DNA from: an uncultured virus (IMG/VR IMGVR_UViG_3300010383_000006)
Lineage: Duplodnaviria > Heunggongvirae > Uroviricota > Caudoviricetes
Direction: 5' to 3' (one strand)
Length of the DNA: 64,000 nucleotides
IMG/VR virus record: IMGVR_UViG_3300010383_000006
Shown here: positions 9,769-18,598 of the stretch, piece by piece
Layout: every line of letters starts with the position of its first letter
Numbering within the stretch: the stretch's first letter is position 1
The notes under the pieces: generated by a model
What the model saw: only the letters and a program-made list of their open reading frames with translations
Told to the model about the DNA's origin: nothing
Database searches by the model: none
Translations under genes and position numbers: made by a program

Positions 9769-10230
9769 TTAGCTCATCCAGTCGAGCGTCTGGACGTAGC
9801 GGATGGTCACGCGGGTGGTGCCGGCCGAGGTCGCACCGCTCACAGCCACGGTGGCCACCACGCTGGTGTTGTTGTTGATGTCGGCCATCGCCGCCAGTTG
9901 CGCCGTGGTCGGTGCCAGCGCCGCACGCGGGCTGGTGTTGGCCTTGACGTCGATGCTCGACACGTACTCGGTGCCCAGCGCGGCGGTGCCGATCGTCAAC
10001 CCCGCCGACACCGCCGAATTCCACGCCGTGGTGGTGTCCACCAGGAAGTCGAGGATCTGCGAGTTGGGCGGCAACGTGAACGTCGCGCTGACATTGTTGG
10101 TGCTGTTCTGGGTCAGAACAGCGGTTTGCGACAACACGGCCAAACCGGTGTTGGCCGGGCCGTCATTGTCGCTGTACTGGCGCGGTCCAGAAATCAGCGG
10201 ACCTGCGAACTGGGTGCCGGGTGCTGCCAT
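9769..10230 (-). CDS. putative capsid decoration/minor head protein
   Basis: 153 aa directly downstream of the capsid gene; TLPPNSQILDFLVD. Confidence 0.6.
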   Translation of the reverse strand: MAAPGTQFAGPLISGPRQYSDNDGPANTGLAVLSQTAVLTQNSTNNVSATFTLPPNSQILDFLVDTTTAWNSAVSAGLTIGTAALGTEYVSSIDVKANTSPRAALAPTTAQLAAMADINNNTSVVATVAVSGATSAGTTRVTIRYVQTLDWMS

Positions 10231-10258
10231 CGTTCAAATCTCCGTTGCCAGCGCCGGG

Positions 10259-11173
10259 TTACGACGTCGGGAATTCGCCCCACGCCGCCCGCGGGTCGTT
10301 GTAGCCGAACGAATAGCGCTCGTAGGCCTTGACCAGCAGGTTGTCGGTGATGTTGTCGACCCACATGTCGCTCTCATACGGGATGCGCATCATGTGGATC
10401 AGACCCTCGATATTCGTGGTCAGGAACCACGCATAGTTCGAGGTCAGGAAGTCCATCACCAGGAAGCCCTCGGGCAGACCGCCCGACAGCGTGAGGATGG
10501 CGTTGACGTCGTTGTCCGCCGTGCCGGGCCGCAACTCGGTCTTGGTGAGGCGGATCGCCACCTGCTCGAGGTTCGGCGGCACGATCAGCCGGCGCGCCCG
10601 CGAGAGGATGCGCAGGCCGCGCTCGTTGACGAACTGCGTGCGCACATTGGTCATGTTCGCCAGCAGCGACGCCTCGTTGAGCGACTTCGGCACCGCCGAG
10701 GTGTTGGCCCAAGTGCCGCCGTCATAGGGGTGATCGGTGGCGAACAGCGCCTTGCCGTCGCCGATCTGCGAGGCGTTGTAGACGTTGCCGAGGTTGAGGA
10801 CGTTGGCGCCCTGGATTTCCTTGAACTGGGCGAACGCTTCCTGCAGCTTGAGGTTCGTCGGGCTGAATTGAGCCTTGTAGAGGTTGTCGTCGATCGCCTT
10901 GCGGGTGATCGCATAGCCCAGCGCCACCTCGATGTGGACGAACGCCCAAGTGTAGCGTTCGCCGGCGTTGTTATCGAACTGGGTGGCCGCGCCCTCATCC
11001 TTGAGGAACGGCAGCGCGACGAACGCCATCTGCGTCGATCGCTCAACCGCCATCGAGGATTTGTGGGTCTTGAACACCTTGTCCCACTGCCGCGGGATCA
11101 TGTCGTAAGATCCACGGACGTCGAACAGCCCCGGCAGAAGTTCGGAGCGGATATTTGCGAGTGCGACGGGCAT
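10259..11173 (-). CDS. major capsid protein (Mu gpT-like)
   Basis: 304 aa; ELLPGL, ALGYAITRKAIDDNLY, GDGKALFATDHP, RRLIVPPNL, KAYERYSFGYNDPR. Confidence 0.85.
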   Translation of the reverse strand: MPVALANIRSELLPGLFDVRGSYDMIPRQWDKVFKTHKSSMAVERSTQMAFVALPFLKDEGAATQFDNNAGERYTWAFVHIEVALGYAITRKAIDDNLYKAQFSPTNLKLQEAFAQFKEIQGANVLNLGNVYNASQIGDGKALFATDHPYDGGTWANTSAVPKSLNEASLLANMTNVRTQFVNERGLRILSRARRLIVPPNLEQVAIRLTKTELRPGTADNDVNAILTLSGGLPEGFLVMDFLTSNYAWFLTTNIEGLIHMMRIPYESDMWVDNITDNLLVKAYERYSFGYNDPRAAWGEFPTS

Positions 11174-11188
11174 TGCTCGATGCTCCTA

Positions 11189-11773
11189 TTAAGCGCCGAC
11201 CTGCGACCGGAATCGCTGGTTGTTGAAGGTGACCATCACCCAGTTGTAGGCCGAGGATGCGTCGGAGCCGTTGCCGATGCCGGGGTAGAGCCCGATCACC
11301 TTGAACGGGGCCGTGGTCGCGGTGGTGAGGCCGGCCTGATCCAGCGTCGCGCCGGAGAAGCCGCCGCCGACCGTCGAGCCGGTGCCGATGTTCACCGTGA
11401 CGTTCTCGCCGATGTTGGCGGTCACGATCGCAGTGTTGAGCGCCGCCGCGAGGAACTTGGCGTTGGGCGCGTCGATGAAATACGCCGTGGCGTTCACCGC
11501 CGCCGAACCCGGCCAGTACGGCGACCACTGCGGGATGCCGAGACCGCCCACCGGGATAAAGTCGCAGCCCTGGAACACACCAACCAACTGCGCCGTGGTC
11601 GAGGCCAGTTGCTCGATGAACCCCGTGGTCGCGTTCATCACGATCGGGTCACCAAAGAAAATCTTGGTGGTGTTGGTCGACAGGATGGTGCCCGAGTTCA
11701 ACTGATAATCGGGGGCGCCGCCGGAGAGGAATCCGATGTGCCGGAGTCCGAATGCGGTTTGGGTGTTGGCCAT
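11189..11773 (-). CDS. head decoration/cement protein
   Basis: likely start MANTQTAFGLR with GGAG RBS; IFFGDPI, LVGVFQGC; directly upstream of capsid. Confidence 0.7.
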   Translation of the reverse strand: MANTQTAFGLRHIGFLSGGAPDYQLNSGTILSTNTTKIFFGDPIVMNATTGFIEQLASTTAQLVGVFQGCDFIPVGGLGIPQWSPYWPGSAAVNATAYFIDAPNAKFLAAALNTAIVTANIGENVTVNIGTGSTVGGGFSGATLDQAGLTTATTAPFKVIGLYPGIGNGSDASSAYNWVMVTFNNQRFRSQVGA

Positions 11774-11940
11774 GGCCAGAACGACTCCAGTTGGGAGGCT
11801 TTTCTGGGCAGGCGCTGCCGAGAGGGAGAGCCGGTTAAATCCGCAGTGGCGACTGCGGTCGAGGGACTGTTGCGTCGAGGGCGGCGTGCCCGAGCAGATC
11901 AGTCTGAAATTCAACCTCCGGCCCGAAGGTGTGTCATCGC

Positions 11941-11970
11941 TCTATACGCAGAGTTTTTTGAAACCGTCAA
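11941..11970 (-). promoter_or_regulatory. sigma70-like promoter for the capsid operon
   Basis: TTGACG-N18-TATAGA immediately after a terminator. Confidence 0.55.
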
Positions 11971-11976
11971 TAGCGC

Positions 11977-12001
11977 AAACAAAAACCGCCCCGAAGGGCG
12001 G
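11977..12001 (-). terminator. rho-independent terminator
   Basis: CCGCCC-TTCG-GGGCGG followed by TTTTTGTTT. Confidence 0.85.
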
Positions 12002-12090
12002 CCGCTTGGGTTCTGATCGGAGGCGAGGATGTCAGAGCATGATGACCTCCCGGGTGCAGAGAAAGAGGTTTCCCGCAGGATTCCTTGTAC
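11977..12090 (-). ncRNA. candidate ~110-nt sRNA (contains an SD-ATG-CTC-TGA minigene)
   Basis: own promoter upstream and terminator downstream; no substantial ORF inside. Confidence 0.45.
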
Positions 12091-12096
12091 GCCGAA

Positions 12097-12125
12097 ACGC
12101 TACTGGTGATTCCCCACTCCGTCAA
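12097..12125 (-). promoter_or_regulatory. sigma70-like promoter
   Basis: TTGACG-N17-TAGCGT. Confidence 0.5.
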
Positions 12126-12155
12126 AAACAAAAACCGCCCGGCGAACCGGGCGGC
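12124..12155 (-). terminator. rho-independent terminator after the GT-FkbM gene
   Basis: CCGCCCGG-TTCG-CCGGGCGG then TTTTTGTTTTT. Confidence 0.85.
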
Positions 12156-12198
12156 AAGGTGATCGGGAGGAAACGCGTCAGACCTACCTGATTCGTAT

Positions 12199-13734
12199 TC
12201 ACTCCGCTGCAAGTTGCGCGCTACGCGCCATCGCGTCGCGCCAGTGATCGTGCGGACCCAGCAGTGACGGCAGACCGAACTCGGTCATTTCCTTGACCGG
12301 CACCGCGATGACGTTGACCGACGGCATCACGTTGGGCCAGACGTCGACCGGATTGCCGAAATGGTTGTCGGGGTTGAAATACGGCCCGATGTGCCAGAAC
12401 CCCTTGTAGCCGATCTCCTGCAAGGCTTCCCACAGCGCGATCGAATCGGGGCCGTTGTTTTCGACATAGAGCACCGGCTGGCACCGCGCGATGGTGGCCC
12501 GCGCGCCGCGGATCACTGCGGCCTCGGTGCCCTCGACGTCGATCTTGATCAGCCCGCAGCGGTCGAGCCCCAGCGAATCGATCGTATCGGCCACCGCATA
12601 GTCGGAGCCGTCGCCTTCGGCCGCCACCGCGCCGAAATTGAACGGCTGATCGTCGGGCGGCAGCGCCGCGAGCCGCACGCGGTCGGCATTGCGGTCGCCG
12701 ACCACGCCGCAGATGCCTTTGACGTTGGCGAGGTTGTTGAGTTTGATGTTGTCGCAGAACAGGTTGAACAGCCGGGGCTGGGCCTCGAAGGCGTAGACCT
12801 CGCCGCCCTCACCCACCATCTGGGAAAACGCCACGGTGTGGGTGCCGATGTTGGCGCCGACGTCGAGCACGATCGAGCCGGGGCCGATCACCTCCTTGAG
12901 CAGGTCGAGTTCGTAGTCGCACCACTCGCCATAGACGTCGAGGCTTTTGCCGATGAACGTGTCGTTGGCGTTGTACTTGAACACCCCGCGCTTGCAGCGC
13001 TTGACCGGGAATTGGGTCGCGCCCTGCGCGCCGCGCGACGCCTCGGCGGCATAGGATCCGGCGAACGAATGCTGGCCGACGTGCTCGAGGGTGTGAGCGA
13101 TGTTGGCCCAGACCTCGCCGCCGAGATCGATCCAGCGTCGGCAGAACGACAGATCCTCGGAAATCTTGCCCAGCGCCGGGTCATCGAACTTGTCGAACAA
13201 CCGCAGCAGCCGGGTGCCGTCCTTGGGCAGGAACGGCTTGATCGGCAACAGATCGATGCGGGTGTCGACGTGCTCGGGATAGGCCTCGATCAGTTTGGTC
13301 ACGGCGTCGCGCCGGATCAGCATCACCCCGGCCCCGACCCCGGCGACCTTAAGAAAGCCGCCGCGGGCCTCGACCGGCTGGTGGTTGCCGAAGCCGCACA
13401 CCACCCACTCCCGCGGCAGTGTTTTCTTGGGATACACCGCCCCGACCACGGGCTGATCGAACATCAGCATGTCCGAGATCAGTTCGGGCTGAAAACCCAT
13501 ATCAGCGTCGATAAACAGGAGGTGGGTGGACTGCGGCATGGCATCGTACCACAGGGTCAATGCCATGTTGCGGTGTTCTTCGATGTCGGGGTGCGAATAG
13601 GTGGAAAACGTCGCCCCGATGCCCTTGGCGAACAGATGACCCGCGAGGTGAACCAGCGAGCGGGTGGTGGCGGCGGCGATCTGCAGCCCGAACGCCGGCA
13701 CGTAGATGTGCACATTGGCCACGGGCGACCTCAC
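12199..13734 (-). CDS. glycosyltransferase (GT-A) - FkbM-family methyltransferase fusion
   Basis: N-half THLLFIDADMGF (DxD) and SEDLSFCRRW; C-half VLDVGANIGTHT, AFEAQ, IKIDVEG. Confidence 0.85.
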   Translation of the reverse strand: MRSPVANVHIYVPAFGLQIAAATTRSLVHLAGHLFAKGIGATFSTYSHPDIEEHRNMALTLWYDAMPQSTHLLFIDADMGFQPELISDMLMFDQPVVGAVYPKKTLPREWVVCGFGNHQPVEARGGFLKVAGVGAGVMLIRRDAVTKLIEAYPEHVDTRIDLLPIKPFLPKDGTRLLRLFDKFDDPALGKISEDLSFCRRWIDLGGEVWANIAHTLEHVGQHSFAGSYAAEASRGAQGATQFPVKRCKRGVFKYNANDTFIGKSLDVYGEWCDYELDLLKEVIGPGSIVLDVGANIGTHTVAFSQMVGEGGEVYAFEAQPRLFNLFCDNIKLNNLANVKGICGVVGDRNADRVRLAALPPDDQPFNFGAVAAEGDGSDYAVADTIDSLGLDRCGLIKIDVEGTEAAVIRGARATIARCQPVLYVENNGPDSIALWEALQEIGYKGFWHIGPYFNPDNHFGNPVDVWPNVMPSVNVIAVPVKEMTEFGLPSLLGPHDHWRDAMARSAQLAAE

Positions 13735-14462
13735 AGCGAGTCGTCGGCGTCCTGGTAATTCCCGGCCTCGGGAATATCCAGCGACGGGTCGATGCGCATT
13801 TCCATTTTCATGCCGAGGTGCTGGCGACCGGCCGCGACCTTGGCGCCGGGCAGCTTGCNNNNNNNNNNGAGTCGGAGGGCGTCGGTCTGTTCGCGGACCT
13901 GCGCCTTGGCGCGGGCCTCATCCTCGGCACGGGCCTCCATGGACAGAGCGCGCGGCCGTTCCTCAAGCCGCAGGCCCTTGACCACGATGGCGCCATCGAA
14001 CCCCTCCGGGGTCCAGCGCCCGGGATGGCGCGAGGCGGGCACCGGACGCCAGCCGTTGGCCTGCATCTGCAACTGTTCCTCGCGCAGTTCGAGGCCGTTC
14101 ACGGTGACCGCGTTCCACTGGTAATCCCAGCCCGGCGGGATTTCCTCGGGCGGCACATGGTGGATGTCGCCGACCAGGGTGCGGCGGCGGGTCAGCACCT
14201 CGCCGTTGCGGCCGGTGGCGATCACCGCGCCGCGCCGCCCGGGTTCGCGGCTGGGTTCGCGGGGCATTTCGCGCGGCGGCCGCGGCGCGCGGCGCACGTT
14301 GGGGGCCACCGCCCGCGCGGCCTCGACCTCGGCGCTCGGAGACGGGACGGTCTGGCGCGGCGTGCGCGGCCGTCCCGGCTTGCCCTTGGGCTTGGGCGCA
14401 GGAGCCGCGCGCTGGATCATGTCGGCATCGTCGCTGATCGGGGTTGTCGTCTTGCGCGGCAT
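13731..14462 (-). CDS. head-module protein
   Basis: IPPGWDYQW...GWRPVPASRHPG...GLRLEERP; short N gap near the C-terminus. Confidence 0.7.
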   Translation of the reverse strand: MPRKTTTPISDDADMIQRAAPAPKPKGKPGRPRTPRQTVPSPSAEVEAARAVAPNVRRAPRPPREMPREPSREPGRRGAVIATGRNGEVLTRRRTLVGDIHHVPPEEIPPGWDYQWNAVTVNGLELREEQLQMQANGWRPVPASRHPGRWTPEGFDGAIVVKGLRLEERPRALSMEARAEDEARAKAQVREQTDALRLXXXXKLPGAKVAAGRQHLGMKMEMRIDPSLDIPEAGNYQDADDSL

Positions 14463-15131
14463 TTAAGCCTCCTTGGGTGATGCGAGGGTTTTCCGCACGT
14501 TCTCGATCGCGCGGGGCAGAATGATCGCGTTGAGGGTCGGCCATTTCGGCGCCGCCGGGTCGGCGTCAATCGCCCGGGTGTAGGGCTGGGCGAAGTCGGC
14601 GACCTCGGGGTTTTCAGGATCCCGCGCGAACAGATCGCCGAGCCGGTCGCGCTCGGTGAAAATCTCGGCGAGGAACGGCTGCATATCCTTGGGGATTCTG
14701 GTGACGTTCTCGATGGTTTTATCCCCGACCACCGCCGTCGTGACGTCATCCGGCGACGTGCCGACCGAGACATGGCCGGAGAACTCGGCCGCAGTCCGCT
14801 TCACCCAGTCGGCGACGTTCTGATGCGCCTTGGCGTGGCTGGCGGCGTGCTCGGCCTCGATCTCGAATTTGGGCTTCTCGAACAGGCCGAGGCCACTCCA
14901 TTCGATGTTGCCCGCGGTGCCCCATGGCGCGAACCGGCCGGGATGGCGCGAGTGCGGCACGGGTGCCCAGCCCCCACCACTTAACAGCGCTTGGTCGTGT
15001 TCAAGGTGCATCCACTGATAGGACCGGCCCATCGGGATGTCGGCGGCGGGAATTTGCGTCGGATCCGCCAGCCGCCGGGTCAGGGTGAAGCCGCTGGCCC
15101 ACAGTTCGGTGATGATTTCCTGCGAGATCAT
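14463..15131 (-). CDS. paralog of the 13731-14462 protein
   Basis: IPMGRSYQW...GWAPVPHSRHPG...GLGLFEKP. Confidence 0.65.
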   Translation of the reverse strand: MISQEIITELWASGFTLTRRLADPTQIPAADIPMGRSYQWMHLEHDQALLSGGGWAPVPHSRHPGRFAPWGTAGNIEWSGLGLFEKPKFEIEAEHAASHAKAHQNVADWVKRTAAEFSGHVSVGTSPDDVTTAVVGDKTIENVTRIPKDMQPFLAEIFTERDRLGDLFARDPENPEVADFAQPYTRAIDADPAAPKWPTLNAIILPRAIENVRKTLASPKEA

Positions 15132-15307
15132 GACTTGGGCTTTTCCTCGCCGCGCTCGACGTACTGCTCGATGCGCGCCGCGAGAGTGATGAGGTCGCCG
15201 GGAACGCCCGCGCGGATCGCATCAATGGCGGCGGTGAGGGCCTGCGCGCGAGCGCGACGGGCAGAGACCGGGGATTTGGTCCGGGATTTGGTTCGGGATC
15301 GCGCCAT
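15128..15307 (-). CDS. small hypothetical protein (59 aa)
   Basis: MARSRTKSRTKS...; ATGA overlap with the next gene. Confidence 0.5.
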   Translation of the reverse strand: MARSRTKSRTKSPVSARRARAQALTAAIDAIRAGVPGDLITLAARIEQYVERGEEKPKS

Positions 15308-15310
15308 GGC

Positions 15311-16276
15311 TCAGGACTCCGAATAGGTGCGGTCGTACAGACCCTGTTTCTGCATCGCCACCTTGCGGCGCGCGAATTCGGCGGTGCCGATCGGCTCGCC
15401 CTTTTTCCAGCGCCCCTTGCCGGTGGGATCGTCGTAATTCCAGACATGGGTGCCGTCGGTCGCGGCGGCAGCCTCGCCTTTGGTCAGGGTCACCTGAATC
15501 GGGGAGGCCGAACGGCCGCCCGCATCGGCTCCGGGCGCAGCCGGCGCGGAAGGGCGGCGCTGCAGCGGCTTGGATTCCTTGCTGTCGCCCTTCTTGATGC
15601 CCAGCGATTTTTCGATGTGCTCGAAATATTGCGGGGTGTCGACCGCGATGCCGTCGCCGATCGCGCTGTAATGCGCCGCTGTCAGCTTGGCGTTCTTGGG
15701 GCCGTTGTCGAGCCATTCGCGGTTGGCGCGCAGCCAGGTCTGCGCCGGGACCGAGCGCGTCTGGATAAACGCCTCGGTGGGGTCGCTGACCGGCGGACGC
15801 GATTCCGTCTTGCGCGGCGCGGGTTTGGTCTCGGCGAGTTCGGCCTTGGCCTCGGTCAGGCGGCCGATGGTGGCCTCGGCGCGGGCGATCTTGCGCTGCG
15901 CGGCCGCCGCCGCCTTGGCGTCGCCGTCGGCAAAGGCGCGCTCATAGTCGGCCTGCGCCGAATCGGCCTCGGCCTTGGCGGCCTCAAGACCCTGATCGAT
16001 GGTCGACTTGCGGGTGTCGGCGACTTCGGTTTCGAGATCCTTGTTGCGCGCCGCCAGTTCATCGCGCTCGCGCGCCGCCCGCTGGGCTTCGGTCTCGGCC
16101 GCCGTGGCGCGCTGGGTGGCGGTTTCCGCCGTGCTCTGCAAGGTCGCGAACTGCGCCTTGAGATCAGCAATCGGTTCGTCGGTCGCGATCTGCTTGGTCT
16201 TTTCGGCCCCCGCTCCCGGCGCGTCATCCGAGAGTTCATCGGGATCGATCGTGATGATGATGTCCTCGTCGCCCAT
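15311..16276 (-). CDS. putative capsid scaffolding protein
   Basis: acidic Ala-rich coiled coil, DTPQYFEHIE; lies between portal and capsid. Confidence 0.65.
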   Translation of the reverse strand: MGDEDIIITIDPDELSDDAPGAGAEKTKQIATDEPIADLKAQFATLQSTAETATQRATAAETEAQRAARERDELAARNKDLETEVADTRKSTIDQGLEAAKAEADSAQADYERAFADGDAKAAAAAQRKIARAEATIGRLTEAKAELAETKPAPRKTESRPPVSDPTEAFIQTRSVPAQTWLRANREWLDNGPKNAKLTAAHYSAIGDGIAVDTPQYFEHIEKSLGIKKGDSKESKPLQRRPSAPAAPGADAGGRSASPIQVTLTKGEAAAATDGTHVWNYDDPTGKGRWKKGEPIGTAEFARRKVAMQKQGLYDRTYSES

Positions 16277-16288
16277 GTGATGCTCCTG

Positions 16289-16726
16289 TTAAAAATCCCC
16301 GGGCGCGACTTGCGCGCAGGGAAGGCCAGCGGTTCGCCACGCCTCGACCACCTGGTTGCGGTCATCGAAGGCCATGATCGGGTCAAACCCGTCCTGCCGC
16401 AGTTGCTGCAGCAATTCGATTTTCACGATGTTGTCGGGGCGGTGATCGCCCGCCTTGCGCATGTAGAGATGGGCGCTGAATACCTTGTGACGCGCCAGCC
16501 ATTCGATCGTCGCAAGGCGGCACTCATCGGATCGGCCGCTGACGTACACGATGCGATTGCCACCGCGCCGCAGATCCTGAATGAGACCAACGATGTGCGA
16601 GATCGGTTCATCACGATCGCAGGCGGCAAAGAACGCGCCCCAGTCCTTGGTCGCCCCCGAAATGTGGTGCAGACGGTGCGAGCAATTCGCCACAGTGCCG
16701 TCGATGTCGAACAGATAACACCTCAT
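16289..16726 (-). CDS. HAD phosphatase (T4 PseT 3'-phosphatase-like)
   Basis: FDIDGT, SGR, LYMRKAGDHRPD..VK, FDDRNQVV. Confidence 0.85.
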   Translation of the reverse strand: MRCYLFDIDGTVANCSHRLHHISGATKDWGAFFAACDRDEPISHIVGLIQDLRRGGNRIVYVSGRSDECRLATIEWLARHKVFSAHLYMRKAGDHRPDNIVKIELLQQLRQDGFDPIMAFDDRNQVVEAWRTAGLPCAQVAPGDF

Positions 16727-16947
16727 CCGGCGATCCCCAGTTCGACCTCGTTGAAATAGTCCGACTCCGTCTCACGGTGGATGGCGTGCGCCAACGGGCT
16801 GGCCAGCCACCAGCGCGTGTTCAAATACGTGGTGAGACGGTCGGGGTCGATCTCGACCCCGAAATGCTTGGAGAGGTCTTGCGCCAGATCGATCGCCGCC
16901 TTGCGGCGCGTCCGCTCGGCAAAGGTTTTGCCCTCGATCACCCCCAT
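16723..16947 (-). CDS. hypothetical protein
   Basis: MGVIEGKTF...; translationally coupled to the next gene. Confidence 0.5.
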   Translation of the reverse strand: MGVIEGKTFAERTRRKAAIDLAQDLSKHFGVEIDPDRLTTYLNTRWWLASPLAHAIHRETESDYFNEVELGIAG

Positions 16948-16951
16948 GGGA

Positions 16952-17359
16952 TCACCAATAGATCGACGGGTCGGTGACCCGCATGCGAATGTCGACGTCA
17001 GCGAACAGGCGGCACGGCACCTGATTGATCTCGAGCGACAGGCCGTCGGCCGGCAGGTACAGCACCCAGTCGTGAAGGTTGAGCCGAACGCCGTGGAATT
17101 GCGCCACCGCATCGTCCTTGAAGGCCCCGGGGCCGAGACCGATCACCAGACCGACGTTGCCCTGATAAATATCCTCATCGCGGGTTTTCTGCGGGATGAT
17201 GATGCCGCCCTGCGTCTTGGCGGGCTGGATGTAGGTGGCGACCAGCACGCGGTTGTGCAGCACCTCGTGGTCGAAATCCCCCAACGCCTCGATCAGCGCC
17301 TGCTTGGCGTCCACGGCGCGTTCGGAAATGGCGATAATCTTGGCAGATGAGCGGCCCAT
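16952..17359 (-). CDS. co-chaperonin GroES-like protein
   Basis: LHNRVLV...KTQGGIIIP...GLVIGLGPGAF. Confidence 0.8.
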   Translation of the reverse strand: MGRSSAKIIAISERAVDAKQALIEALGDFDHEVLHNRVLVATYIQPAKTQGGIIIPQKTRDEDIYQGNVGLVIGLGPGAFKDDAVAQFHGVRLNLHDWVLYLPADGLSLEINQVPCRLFADVDIRMRVTDPSIYW

Positions 17360-17853
17360 CAGTCCTCCGGGGGTTGGTGTGTCATGAGAAATCGCGCGTG
17401 AACGTCCCACACCGGAATGCGGTAGGTGGCGCCGTTTCCGGCGATGATTTCGCGGTAGAAATGTCCGAGTTCGGGGCGCCTGCGCCAATACAGCGTCGGC
17501 TTGCCGCCGAGCCGGTCGCGCTCGTTTTTCATCATCCAGACAAATGCGCGCACCGCGTCCTTAATGCCGAGATGGAGGGTGGCGCCTGCGCGATAGCGTC
17601 CTTGAACCGGATCGAACCACTGCCCAGTAGATCCCTCGGCCTGCGGTCCGTCGCAGGAATACACCACGTAAGGCTCGCCGGTTGGCGCGACCGCCGTATC
17701 GCCGTCGGGGCCAACGGTGAACAAATCCTCAAGGCCGCGAACGTGGATGTTGAGATATTCCTGGTGCTGGGCGGGCACCTTGGGCAATTCGTAAGGCACT
17801 GATTTCAGCCCGGCCGGGGCATTCATGGGGAGCATTCCCTGCGTGCGAATCAC
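17359..17853 (-). CDS. hypothetical protein
   Basis: packed minus-strand ORF; start uncertain. Confidence 0.5.
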   Translation of the reverse strand: MIRTQGMLPMNAPAGLKSVPYELPKVPAQHQEYLNIHVRGLEDLFTVGPDGDTAVAPTGEPYVVYSCDGPQAEGSTGQWFDPVQGRYRAGATLHLGIKDAVRAFVWMMKNERDRLGGKPTLYWRRRPELGHFYREIIAGNGATYRIPVWDVHARFLMTHQPPED

Positions 17854-17869
17854 GTCGGCATGACGCGAT

Positions 17870-18109
17870 CTATCTCTCCCCGGATAGATTCTTTTCGATC
17901 TGTTGGCAAATTTCGATGGTGGTGCGGATGCCGCGAATCTCGCCGACGCGCTCGCGGTAATCCTCGATCGTCTTAGGAACGCCCGCCGCCAGCGCCTCGG
18001 TTTTTTGCTTCACCACGTCCTCAAGATACTGCGTGAGGCGGCGCGGGAGCCGCGGATCGTCCACCTCGATGAACGCCGCGGGCTCCGTTCGGGTCGGACT
18101 GCGAGCCAT
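17870..18109 (-). CDS. hypothetical protein
   Basis: EDYRERVGEIRGI helix of the type often found after portal genes. Confidence 0.6.
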   Translation of the reverse strand: MARSPTRTEPAAFIEVDDPRLPRRLTQYLEDVVKQKTEALAAGVPKTIEDYRERVGEIRGIRTTIEICQQIEKNLSGER

Positions 18110-18549
18110 CAGTCGCGCGACGGCCAGCTATAATTGCCGGGCTGATCGCCCAGCGTCACCGAGGTGACCCACAGGCTGTCGTTGCCGTCGAGAAATACCT
18201 GACCATTGATCGCGCTGGTCGGGGCATCGCCATGCACCGCCGTGATGATCATCGGGAAGCGCCGCCCTTCGGTGACGGTCGACCCCATATGGATCACGGT
18301 GCCGTTGGCGGCGGACTTGTGCATCGCGCGGTGGGCGTCGGCATGGGCGCGGCGGTTGTTGATCTCCCGCGCCTGATCGGCGGTGACGGTGTAGCTCACG
18401 ATCCGGCCCGGCGATGGGCGCGGCTGAGAATCCTGTTCTGCGGTTTTGAGGAAAGGGCCTTCGATTGCACTGCTCGTCAGGGTTTCGATCTGGCCAGCGT
18501 GGCCGATGGTGGTCTCCGGCAGCGTTGCCGGGTTGATCTGGTCGTTCAT
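18109..18549 (-). CDS. hypothetical protein
   Basis: PSPGRIVSY...PMIITAV...INGQVFLDG; AAGGAG RBS. Confidence 0.6.
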   Translation of the reverse strand: MNDQINPATLPETTIGHAGQIETLTSSAIEGPFLKTAEQDSQPRPSPGRIVSYTVTADQAREINNRRAHADAHRAMHKSAANGTVIHMGSTVTEGRRFPMIITAVHGDAPTSAINGQVFLDGNDSLWVTSVTLGDQPGNYSWPSRD

Positions 18550-18598
18550 GCACGCTCCTTGGGGTAAAGGCCCCGGGACCATCCCGGGGCCGGGTGGA

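Noticed and set aside
9803..12016. 737-aa plus-strand ORF
   Set aside because: Antisense shadow of the capsid and decoration genes, expected with high-GC codon bias; no motifs
12010..12110. Possible hammerhead ribozyme (CTGATCG, CGAAAC, CTGGTGA)
   Set aside because: No intact CUGANGA core with correctly ordered stems could be built
15270..15299. 12-bp tandem repeat CGGGATTTGGT(C/T)
   Set aside because: Only about 2.5 copies encoding SRTK; no spacers, not a CRISPR array or iteron set
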